A stretch of DNA of 64,000 nt, taken from positions 49,709 to 113,708 of the forward strand of contig SVSD01000002.1 of assembly GCA_015064485.1 (NCBI GenBank). Reading direction: 5' to 3'. The position numbers and the translations under genes were made by a program. Source of the stretch: Oscillospiraceae bacterium (GTDB lineage: Bacteria; Bacillota; Clostridia; Oscillospirales; CAG-382). Positions 17,622 through 25,794 of this stretch are shown piece by piece. The stretch's first letter is position 1; each line of letters starts with the position of its first letter. The notes beneath the pieces are model-generated. The model had not been told where the DNA came from and did not search any database. It was given only the letters and a program-made list of their open reading frames with translations.

Positions 17622-19618
17622 TATGCTTCACCCCCTGAAATTTTGGCTTGTGCGTAGCTGTGAAGCTCATCAAGAACGGAATCGATGTCGCCGACAAGCT
17701 CATCCACATATGTTTGGGTTACAAAATCTGCATCGTTTTCAAACTCGGACAGTTTCGTTTTTTCGTAGATGACATTTGTGCAGTTATTAAGTGTGATATT
17801 TTTATCAGTCGAATTCAAAATAACGGTGTCGCAACTACTCAAGTCAAAATTATTTGTGTTAGAAAAATCACATCCGATTATGTTTTTAGATTTGTATAAA
17901 TAACCTCTTTCCGAATGTAGTTTGTTATTATAAAATCCATTGAAATTAGCACAACTGCACATTTCAAGGGATATCGGATTGAAATTTTTTAAACGAGTAT
18001 TCGATCCAACAGCTTTTAAATTTGTTGATGTTAATTTCATCAAAAAGCCGTTACCGTCAATACTTAAAACATTAGTCGGCACATTAAGTGATATGGGATT
18101 AGCACTGTTACCCGATTCCATTTGTACATCACACTTTAACAGAATGTTTCTTGCTCCGTTCCAATCCTCTGTATCAATCATCGCATCCCATTCTTCTTGT
18201 GAATGTATGATTGTGTCATAAACAAGTTCCGTTTTTGTAACATATCCCGCATCATTCTCAAGCTCCGATACCTTTTTCGGCAAAGCCTCATCGGTAATAA
18301 AACCCTTATCATTTTCAAATTCCGAAAGCTTTTCGGGAATTGCCGATTCGGTAATATAACCCGTATCATTTTCAAATTCGGACAGCTTTGTTTTTTCGTA
18401 AATGATATTTGAGCAATCGACAATTTCCCATCCGTCCAAGCTATCGAAAAGGTCTTTAGAACCTGTATCAAGAATGATCGTATCGCAGTTTTCTAACTTT
18501 ATGATTTTGGTATCTCTTTCATCAAATTTAGAAAAACTACAACCTATAATGTTTTTACATTCTTGAATCATTGTATCGTTCGCTTGTAAAACACAGTTAT
18601 AAATGCCGTTTATTTTAGACAATGTATCACGAACAACACTTAAACTGTTGCAATTACGCAAAGAAGTATTTTTGCCTTTGGCGATTATTGTTACAAATGC
18701 AAAACCGAGCGAATAGCCGTTACCGTCAATAGTTACAACATTTTCGGGTATTTCTATCGTTCCGCCTATGCCGTATCTATTTGTAGTGATATCGCACCTT
18801 AACAGAATGTTTCTCGCACCATTCCAATCTTCCGTCGCAATCATTGCATCCCATTCTTCTTGCGATGTAATTACCCTATCATAAAACAAGTTTTCTTTTG
18901 TAATAAACCCCTTGTCATTATCAAGCTGTGAAAGCTTTTTCGGTAAAACCTCATCCGTAATATACCCTGTATCGTTTTCAAACTCCGATAGCTTTCCGGG
19001 AATATCCGATACGGTCATATATCCCGTATCATTTTCGATTTCCGATAGCTTTTTAGGAAGCGCGGATGCAGTTATATAGCCTGTATCGTTCTGAAATCCG
19101 GAAAGCTTTACGGGGATTTCAGATGCGGTAATATATCCTGTATCGTTTTCGAACTCCGAAAGTTTTTCGGGGATCGAAGACTCGGTTACATACCCGGCAT
19201 CATTTTCAAAATCAGAAAGCTTTTCCGGGACAGAATCTACAGCCTCCTGTACTTTTGAAACAAGCTGTGAATAAAGATCGGGAGTAGGCGGTATCGCAGT
19301 TTCGCCGTCAGAGGCAAAACCCGATTTCTGCATCGTAAATTCAAAAGGCAAAGTAGTTATTCGCAAAGCTTCTCCCGGCATTTGCCCGAATACCGAAAGT
19401 TTCACTTTTCCGACGGAAATTTCCGAGGGAACAGTGCAATATCCGTCCTCCACAAGGGCGTTGTAGGTTTTTTCTTCCTGGGTGAACTGTGCAGTTTTTA
19501 CAAGAGCCTGCCATTCTTCGCTGAATGAAAAATAAACTCTTAAATAATCAACACTGTCGGATGCGGTCTTAGTATATTCACCCGATATACTCTGACCGTT
19601 AATAACGATTTTTATCAT
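17621..19618 (-). CDS. phage tail fibre / receptor-binding protein with 19-aa KLSEFENDTGYIT repeats and a duplicated module
   Basis: 665 aa; 10 copies of P-x-KLSEFENDTGYIT-x4; two paralogous ~155-165 aa modules beginning YD..I.SQEEWDAMI.TEDWNGARNILL. Confidence 0.75.
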   Translation of the reverse strand: MIKIVINGQSISGEYTKTASDSVDYLRVYFSFSEEWQALVKTAQFTQEEKTYNALVEDGYCTVPSEISVGKVKLSVFGQMPGEALRITTLPFEFTMQKSGFASDGETAIPPTPDLYSQLVSKVQEAVDSVPEKLSDFENDAGYVTESSIPEKLSEFENDTGYITASEIPVKLSGFQNDTGYITASALPKKLSEIENDTGYMTVSDIPGKLSEFENDTGYITDEVLPKKLSQLDNDKGFITKENLFYDRVITSQEEWDAMIATEDWNGARNILLRCDITTNRYGIGGTIEIPENVVTIDGNGYSLGFAFVTIIAKGKNTSLRNCNSLSVVRDTLSKINGIYNCVLQANDTMIQECKNIIGCSFSKFDERDTKIIKLENCDTIILDTGSKDLFDSLDGWEIVDCSNIIYEKTKLSEFENDTGYITESAIPEKLSEFENDKGFITDEALPKKVSELENDAGYVTKTELVYDTIIHSQEEWDAMIDTEDWNGARNILLKCDVQMESGNSANPISLNVPTNVLSIDGNGFLMKLTSTNLKAVGSNTRLKNFNPISLEMCSCANFNGFYNNKLHSERGYLYKSKNIIGCDFSNTNNFDLSSCDTVILNSTDKNITLNNCTNVIYEKTKLSEFENDADFVTQTYVDELVGDIDSVLDELHSYAQAKISGGEA
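18224..18394 (-). repeat. three tandem 57-bp coding repeats (19-aa fibre repeat)
   Basis: Residues 409-465 of the fibre ORF. Confidence 0.8.
18887..19228 (-). repeat. six tandem 57-bp coding repeats (19-aa fibre repeat)
   Basis: Residues 131-244 of the fibre ORF; repeat register read from the translation. Confidence 0.8.
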
Positions 19619-19708
19619 AAAATGACCCTTTCATCGTTTCCGCCCATCCTTTCCGCTGCGTAACGGATAACAGGGCGTAATTTCCCGACCGCAAACATTT
19701 GTTTATAT

Positions 19709-19737
19709 ATTATACCACATTTTTCTCAAAAAGTCAA
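19709..19737 (-). promoter_or_regulatory. strong sigma-A promoter of the fibre operon
   Basis: Minus strand TTGACT (19732-19737), 17 nt, TGgTATAAT (19709-19714). Shares TTCTTGACTTTTT...TGTGGTATAAT with the packaging promoter. Flanked by AAACATTTGTTT (19693-19704) and GAACAAATTTTC (19738-19749). Confidence 0.65.
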
Positions 19738-19815
19738 GAACAAATTTTCTTAATTATATTTTCTCTGATTTTTGCAAAACTGCAGATAATTTTGTTTACA
19801 TAATCTTAAGTTAAA

Positions 19816-19990
19816 ACGGAAAAAACTTTCCGTAAATGTGGGAAACTTTTTGGGAAACTTAGGGAAAACCCGATGTTTTCCTTGCAGAAACCCACATTTT
19901 AGGGGAATTCCAAAATCAAAAACAGTTTTTTGAGAAAAAAGTTTCGGAAAAAGTTTCGGAAAATTCGGGACAAGTTTCCAAAGTTCGATA
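19816..19990. repeat. repeat-rich intergenic region: nested inverted repeats and phased GGGAAAC / GTTTC(C/G) arrays
   Basis: CGGAAAaaacTTTCCG; AAATGTGGG...CCCACATTT enclosing GGAAAAC...GTTTTCC; GGGAAAC x3; AAGTTTCGGAAA x2; AAGTTTCC. Confidence 0.7.
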
Positions 19991-20099
19991 GATTATGTCA
20001 ACCAAACTCAAATTTGTAAGTACAAAATATACTATTTCAAATGCCGTCCTAAACATCCCCGAATAACGACGGTTTTATTACATATTTTTCCAAAAGCCC

Positions 20100-20128
20100 T
20101 TGCATATTTTACCGAAATGTTATATAAT
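20100..20128 (+). promoter_or_regulatory. sigma-A promoter of the topoisomerase B gene
   Basis: TTGCAT (20100-20105), 17 nt, TATAAT (20123-20128). Confidence 0.55.
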
Positions 20129-20180
20129 AAATAAGTTAGAATGGATAAATTATTTTATAAAAATTAAGGTCAGGTGCAAA

Positions 20181-22250
20181 ATGGCTAAAAAGAACACAGA
20201 ATACGGCAACGACAGTATAAAGACTTTAAAAGGTGCCGACAGAGTAAGAAAACGCCCTGCGGTTATTTTCGGTTCGGACGGTCTTGAAGGTTGCGAACAT
20301 TCTTTTTTTGAAATACTCTCAAACTCAATAGACGAAGCAAGAGAAGGCCACGGCGATGTTATAAATGTTACAGCGAAACGCGATCACTCTATCGAAGTCG
20401 AAGATTTCGGACGAGGAGTACCGCTTGGATGGAACGAAAAAGAACAGCGCTATAACTGGGACCTTGTTTACTGCGAGCTTTATGCCGGCGGTAAATATAA
20501 TAACGATGACGGCGAAGCATATGAATATTCGCTCGGTTTAAATGGCCTTGGTGCCTGTGCTACCCAGTATTCATCCGAATTTATGCATGTTGTAAGCTAC
20601 ACAAAAGGACAAAAAAACTCCATAAGCTTTGAAAAGGGTTCTCCCATATGTGACCTTATTACCGAAGAATACAAAGGCAGAAGAACGGGAACAGTTACAA
20701 TATGGAAACCCGATATTGAAGTTTTCACAGATATAAATATCCCGTTTGAATACTTCGACGAAACTATCCATATGCAGGCGGTTGCAAACGCAGGTCTTAC
20801 AATAAACCTGAAATTCGAAAATGCCGACGGCTCGTTTACCGAAACCTCCTATTGCTACAAAGAAGGTATCACAGATTATATAAAAGAACTTATCGGCGAA
20901 GGTATTGAACGAGCTTCTGCCGCCGAGTCCGAAGAATCGGAAGAATCAGACGAAACCTCAAGCGACGCAGATGAACGCGAGCATGTGATGGCACTTTCCA
21001 CCCCCTTTTACAACAAAGCCGAACGCCAGGGAAAGGACAGAGCCGACCAGCCCGAATATAAGCTTAAAATGGAAGCTGTTTTCTGTTTCTCAAACAGCAT
21101 AAACAGCATCAAATATTTTCATAACTCAAGCTTTCTTGAACATGGCGGAAGCCCCGATAAAGCGGCCCGAAGTGCTTTTGTAAAGGCTTTTGACAAATAT
21201 CTCAAAAATAACGGAAAATACACAAAAAACGAAAGCTCGATAAAGTTCAGCGATGTCGAAGACTCTCTTATCCTTGTTACAAACTCCCATTCCACACGCA
21301 CCTCTTACGAAAACCAGACAAAAAAGGCTATAACAAACACCTTTATTGCCGAGGCGATGACCGAATTTTTCCTTCATTCCATCGAAGTGTTTATTGCGGA
21401 AAAGCCGAAAGAGGCTGAGCGTGTTGCAAAACAGATTCTTGTAAACAAACGCTCGAGAGAAAACGCAGAAACCGCCCGTGTAAACATCAAGAAAAAGCTT
21501 TCTTCAAATCTTGATATTACAAACCGTGTTGAAAAATTCGTAAGCTGCCGTTCAAAAGATCCTCAGAAGCGCGAGCTTTATATAGTGGAAGGTGACTCGG
21601 CGCTCGGTTCTGTAAAACTTGCCCGTGACGCCGAATATCAGGCAGTAATTCCGGTAAGAGGAAAAACTCTCAACTGCCTTAAATGCGGTTATGATAAGAT
21701 TTTTAAAAACGACATAATAATGGATCTTTTAAAGGTAATCGGATGCGGTATCGAAATAAGAAATAAAGGCAAAACCGACCTTGCTCAGTTCGATCTTTCG
21801 GCTCTGAAATGGTCTAAAATCGTCCTTTGTACCGATGCGGACGAAGACGGATATCAGATAAGAACCCTTATCCTTACAATGCTGTACAGACTTCTCCCCA
21901 CTCTTATCAGAGAAGGTAAAGTTTTTATTGCAGAAACTCCCCTTTACGAAATAACCTGGAAAGAAGGCATAGAATTTGCCTATAACGAAAAGGAAAAAGC
22001 AGAAATACTTTCCCGTATCGGCAAAAACAAATATACTATCCAGCGTTCAAAAGGTCTTGGCGAAAACGACCCCGAAATGATGGCTAAAACCACAATGAAC
22101 CCCGCCACAAGAAGACTTATAAGAATATGCCCGACAGACGAAGCGGCAACAGAAATAATGTTTAATACCCTTCTTGGCGATGATGCCCCCGCAAGAAAGA
22201 AATATATCGCAAACCACGGTTCGGAATATATCGACCTTGCGGATGTTTAA
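20181..22250 (+). CDS. type IIA DNA topoisomerase subunit B (GyrB/ParE family, divergent, with acidic insertion)
   Basis: 689 aa from MAKKNTEYGNDSIKTL; GHKL ATPase motifs EILSNSIDEA, GRGVP, GLNGLGA; Toprim ELYIVEGDSA and DADEDGYQI; insertion ESEESEESDETSSDADE; no A subunit adjacent. Confidence 0.85.
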   Translation: MAKKNTEYGNDSIKTLKGADRVRKRPAVIFGSDGLEGCEHSFFEILSNSIDEAREGHGDVINVTAKRDHSIEVEDFGRGVPLGWNEKEQRYNWDLVYCELYAGGKYNNDDGEAYEYSLGLNGLGACATQYSSEFMHVVSYTKGQKNSISFEKGSPICDLITEEYKGRRTGTVTIWKPDIEVFTDINIPFEYFDETIHMQAVANAGLTINLKFENADGSFTETSYCYKEGITDYIKELIGEGIERASAAESEESEESDETSSDADEREHVMALSTPFYNKAERQGKDRADQPEYKLKMEAVFCFSNSINSIKYFHNSSFLEHGGSPDKAARSAFVKAFDKYLKNNGKYTKNESSIKFSDVEDSLILVTNSHSTRTSYENQTKKAITNTFIAEAMTEFFLHSIEVFIAEKPKEAERVAKQILVNKRSRENAETARVNIKKKLSSNLDITNRVEKFVSCRSKDPQKRELYIVEGDSALGSVKLARDAEYQAVIPVRGKTLNCLKCGYDKIFKNDIIMDLLKVIGCGIEIRNKGKTDLAQFDLSALKWSKIVLCTDADEDGYQIRTLILTMLYRLLPTLIREGKVFIAETPLYEITWKEGIEFAYNEKEKAEILSRIGKNKYTIQRSKGLGENDPEMMAKTTMNPATRRLIRICPTDEAATEIMFNTLLGDDAPARKKYIANHGSEYIDLADV

Positions 22251-22280
22251 AAATCAGTTTATACCGGAGAATATATAATT

Positions 22281-23165
22281 ATGTGGAGATCAGAAGATTT
22301 CATAGATTACGAATTGCTCGATGCCTCCGACGGAGAAAGACTTGAGCGATGGAAGGATGTAATTCTCATCCGTCCCGACCCCCAGATCATCTGGCACGGC
22401 AGACGCAATCATCCTATGTGGAAAAACTACTCGGCAAGATACCACCGCTCGAAAAACGGCGGCGGAAGCTGGGAATTCAAAAACATAAAAAAGAACCTGC
22501 TTGACGAGGGCTGGGATATTTCATATAAAAACTTAAAATTCCGTGTCCGTCCGACAGGTTTCAAGCATACAGGTGTTTTCCCCGAACAGGCGGTAAACTG
22601 GGATTTTGCAATAGAAACTATAAGCGAAGCTGTCAAAAAGCGTCCCGTTTCTGTGCTTAACCTTTTTGCATATACGGGAGGTGCTACCCTTGCGTGTGCT
22701 TCTGCCGGAGCTTCGGTTTGCCATGTTGACGCATCAAAGGGAATGGTTGCCTGGGCAAAAGAAAACGCAACTCTTTCGGGGCTTCGCGAAGCTCCCGTCA
22801 GATATATAGTCGATGACTGCAAAAAATTTCTCGAAAGAGAGATCCGCAGAGGGCATAAATACGACGCCCTTATTATGGACCCTCCCTCCTACGGCAGAGG
22901 CCCGTCGGGAGAGCTTTGGAGACTTGAAGACGATGTGGACGACCTTATCGCGCTCTGTTCGCAGGTAATATCCGACGATGCGCTTTTTGTGCTTGTCAAT
23001 TCTTATACAACAGGACTTTCCGCATCGACAGTCGGTTATCTTCTCGAGCTTCATTTCGCGTCAAAATTCGGAGGAAGAGTAGAAGCTCAGGAGATCGGGA
23101 TTCCCGTTTCCACCACCGGCGGAACCCTTCCTGCAGGATCCTCCGCAAGATGGATGAAGAATTAA
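22281..23165 (+). CDS. class I SAM-dependent methyltransferase (RlmI/YwbD-like catalytic domain)
   Basis: 294 aa; FAYTGGATLA SAM-binding motif and IMDPPSYGRG motif. Confidence 0.75.
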   Translation: MWRSEDFIDYELLDASDGERLERWKDVILIRPDPQIIWHGRRNHPMWKNYSARYHRSKNGGGSWEFKNIKKNLLDEGWDISYKNLKFRVRPTGFKHTGVFPEQAVNWDFAIETISEAVKKRPVSVLNLFAYTGGATLACASAGASVCHVDASKGMVAWAKENATLSGLREAPVRYIVDDCKKFLEREIRRGHKYDALIMDPPSYGRGPSGELWRLEDDVDDLIALCSQVISDDALFVLVNSYTTGLSASTVGYLLELHFASKFGGRVEAQEIGIPVSTTGGTLPAGSSARWMKN

Positions 23166-23196
23166 CTCAAATATACAATTTCAAAAGGATTATCAG

Positions 23197-24066
23197 ATGA
23201 GCTATATTATAAAAGCCGAAAACCTCACATTTTCCTACGACAGCGAAGATGAGAAAAGCAAGGTCAATATCATAAACGGCCTTGATTTTTCAATAGAGAG
23301 AGGAAGCTTTACCGCAGTAATCGGTCATAACGGATCGGGCAAATCCACTCTTGCAAAGCTTATGTGCGGAGTGCTTGAACCCGAAAGCGGAGAGGTTTAT
23401 ATAAATTCGGAACGAGCCTCAAAAGTTCTTCGTGTAAGTTGTGATGATGACATTTATGATGTTCGCAAGACTGTGGGAATGGTCTTCCAGAATCCCGACA
23501 ACCAGCTTGTTGCTACCGTGGTTGAGGAAGATGTAGCATTTGCACCTGAAAACTTAGGTTTTCCGCAAAAAGAAATACGCCGCAAGGTTGACGATGCACT
23601 CAAAGCCGTCGGTCTTTACGAATACCGTCTTCATGACACACATAAACTTTCGGGCGGTCAGAAACAGCGTGTTGCAATAGCGGGAATGCTTGCAATGGAG
23701 CCTGAATGTGTCATTTTTGACGAATCAACCGCCATGCTCGACCCGAAAGGACGAGCAGATGTAATGAATATCATCCGTAAAATGCGGGATGATATGGGAA
23801 TTACAGTCGTTCTCATCACACATTATATGAACGAAGCGGCAATGGCAGAAAGAATAATGGTAGTAGACGGCGGCAAGATCGTTCTTGACGGAACGCCCGA
23901 AAAAGTCTTTGAGAACGGAGATCTTCTTGTTGAAAAAGGTCTTGAGGTTCCCCATTGCACCGAGCTTATGAGAAAGCTTTACGATTCCGGAAAAACAGGC
24001 AAAAAGACAGTTCTTGATACGGACACTGCCGCGCAGGAATTGTTTGAACTTTTATACCGGAAATAA
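23197..24066 (+). CDS. ecfA1: energy-coupling factor transporter ATPase
   Basis: Walker A GHNGSGKST; signature LSGGQKQRVAIA; tandem ATPase-ATPase-T-truA arrangement. Confidence 0.9.
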   Translation: MSYIIKAENLTFSYDSEDEKSKVNIINGLDFSIERGSFTAVIGHNGSGKSTLAKLMCGVLEPESGEVYINSERASKVLRVSCDDDIYDVRKTVGMVFQNPDNQLVATVVEEDVAFAPENLGFPQKEIRRKVDDALKAVGLYEYRLHDTHKLSGGQKQRVAIAGMLAMEPECVIFDESTAMLDPKGRADVMNIIRKMRDDMGITVVLITHYMNEAAMAERIMVVDGGKIVLDGTPEKVFENGDLLVEKGLEVPHCTELMRKLYDSGKTGKKTVLDTDTAAQELFELLYRK

Positions 24067-24098
24067 ACCCTTTAACATTTACGAAAGAATGCGATAAA

Positions 24099-24983
24099 AT
24101 GATCGAATTTCAAAATGTATCTTATGTTTACGGCAAGCACACCCCTTTTGAGCGTGCAGCCGTCAAAAACATATCCTTTAAAATAGAAGACGGTCTTGCC
24201 ACAGGCATTATCGGTCATACGGGCTCGGGAAAATCAACTGTAGCACAAATGATGAATTCCCTTATCTGCCCGACGCAAGGAAAAGTTCTCCTTGACGGAG
24301 TAGATATAAACTCCTCCAAAAAAACAAGCTTTGAAACAAGATTTAAAGTCGGTCTTGTTTTCCAGTACCCCGAATATCAGCTTTTCGAAGAAACGGTTGA
24401 AAAGGATATCGCCTTCGGTCCTTTAAATATGGGGCTTGATGAAGGCGAGATCAAAGAACGCGTCGAAATGGCGGCAGAATTTGTAGGTCTGACAAAACAG
24501 CAGATGAAAGTCTCCCCCTTCGATCTTTCCGGCGGACAGAAAAGGCGTGTTGCAATAGCGGGAGTTATTGCTATGAAACCGAAAACTTTAGTTCTTGACG
24601 AACCCGCCGCAGGACTTGATCCGAGAAGCCGAAGTGAGATTTTAAAAAGGCTCACAAAATATAAAGAATCAGGAAATTCACTTGTCATCATCTCTCACAG
24701 TATGGAAGATGTAGCAGAATTTTCCGACAAGATAATTGCCCTTTCGGGCGGCGAGATTTTATGTTGCGGTACTCCCAAAGAAGTATTTTCTCATTACGAA
24801 GAGCTTACCGAATCAGGACTTGCACTCCCGCAGATTGCAACAATAATGCATAAGATCCGTAAAAAGTGCCGCGAAAACGGTTTTGCCGTTCCCGAAGATT
24901 CAAGGGGTATTTTCTCGGTTGAGGATGCATATGAATATCTCTCATTGCGCCTTTCGGAAAGAAAGGAGAATGACAATGCTTAA
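24099..24983 (+). CDS. ecfA2: energy-coupling factor transporter ATPase
   Basis: Walker A GHTGSGKST; signature LSGGQKRRVAIA. Confidence 0.9.
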   Translation: MIEFQNVSYVYGKHTPFERAAVKNISFKIEDGLATGIIGHTGSGKSTVAQMMNSLICPTQGKVLLDGVDINSSKKTSFETRFKVGLVFQYPEYQLFEETVEKDIAFGPLNMGLDEGEIKERVEMAAEFVGLTKQQMKVSPFDLSGGQKRRVAIAGVIAMKPKTLVLDEPAAGLDPRSRSEILKRLTKYKESGNSLVIISHSMEDVAEFSDKIIALSGGEILCCGTPKEVFSHYEELTESGLALPQIATIMHKIRKKCRENGFAVPEDSRGIFSVEDAYEYLSLRLSERKENDNA

Positions 24984-25794
24984 GGATATTACATTAGGTC
25001 AGTTTTTCCCCGGAAAATCCGTTATACACAAGCTTGATCCGAGAGTAAAAATAATCCTCACATTTTTCTATATCGCAATAGTTTTCAGCGCCGACAACTT
25101 CTTCTCCTTCGGAGTAGTGGCTGTTCTTGCTGTAAGTATGATACTTTTGTCGAAGATAAGTCTTGTGACTATTTTGAAAAGCTTAAAACCGATTATTTTC
25201 ATTATGGTCTTTACTGCCGTTATGAATATTTTCTGGACAACAGGAGAAACCGAAATATTCAGTTTCTGGAAAATAACCGTATATAAAGAAGGCGTCCTTT
25301 TCGCCGTTATGATGATACTTCGTCTTGTCCTTCTGATAACCGGAACTTTTGTGATACTAACATATACAACAAGCCCCGTCGCACTTACAGACGCCGTTGA
25401 AAGACTCACATATCCTCTTTCAAAAATAGGTGTACCCACTCACGAATTTGCGATGATGATGTCTATCGCACTGCGTTTTATCCCCACTCTTATCGAGGAA
25501 ACAGATAAAATTATGTGCGCCCAAAAAGCAAGAGGGGCAAATTTTGAGACAGGAAGTGTCATAAAGCGGGCAAAGGCTCTTATCCCGATCCTCATTCCCC
25601 TTTTCATCTCCTCATTCCGCCGCGCGGACGAACTTGCAAATGCTATGGAATGCCGTCTTTACAGCGGAGGAAAAGGCAGAACACGCTTAAAAGTATTAAA
25701 GCTTTCGGCAAGCGATTTTGTTGTATGCTCTGTGTTTGTCCTTGCCTTTGCGGCAGTAATTACTATAAATTTTTTTACAGGTAATATGATCTGA
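24970..25794 (+). CDS. ecfT: energy-coupling factor transporter transmembrane T component
   Basis: Start moved to ATG 24970 (RBS GAAAGGAG); MTMLKDITLGQF...; polytopic; conserved ARG...R motifs (AQKARGANFE). Confidence 0.85.
   Translation: MTMLKDITLGQFFPGKSVIHKLDPRVKIILTFFYIAIVFSADNFFSFGVVAVLAVSMILLSKISLVTILKSLKPIIFIMVFTAVMNIFWTTGETEIFSFWKITVYKEGVLFAVMMILRLVLLITGTFVILTYTTSPVALTDAVERLTYPLSKIGVPTHEFAMMMSIALRFIPTLIEETDKIMCAQKARGANFETGSVIKRAKALIPILIPLFISSFRRADELANAMECRLYSGGKGRTRLKVLKLSASDFVVCSVFVLAFAAVITINFFTGNMI

Noticed and set aside
17705-19228. Regularly spaced 57-bp repeats, considered as a CRISPR array or non-coding tandem repeat
   Set aside because: The repeats are in-frame coding repeats of the fibre protein. 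There is no spacer structure and there are no cas genes.
4445-19618. Intact inducible prophage
   Set aside because: No integrase, repressor, replication, holin or endolysin ORFs and no flanking att repeats were found on either strand. The locus is therefore described as phage-derived rather than as a complete prophage.
20100-20180. Upstream extension of the topoisomerase B ORF
   Set aside because: The extension would begin inside the predicted promoter. The conserved N-terminus starts at MAKKNTEYGNDSIK (ATG 20181).
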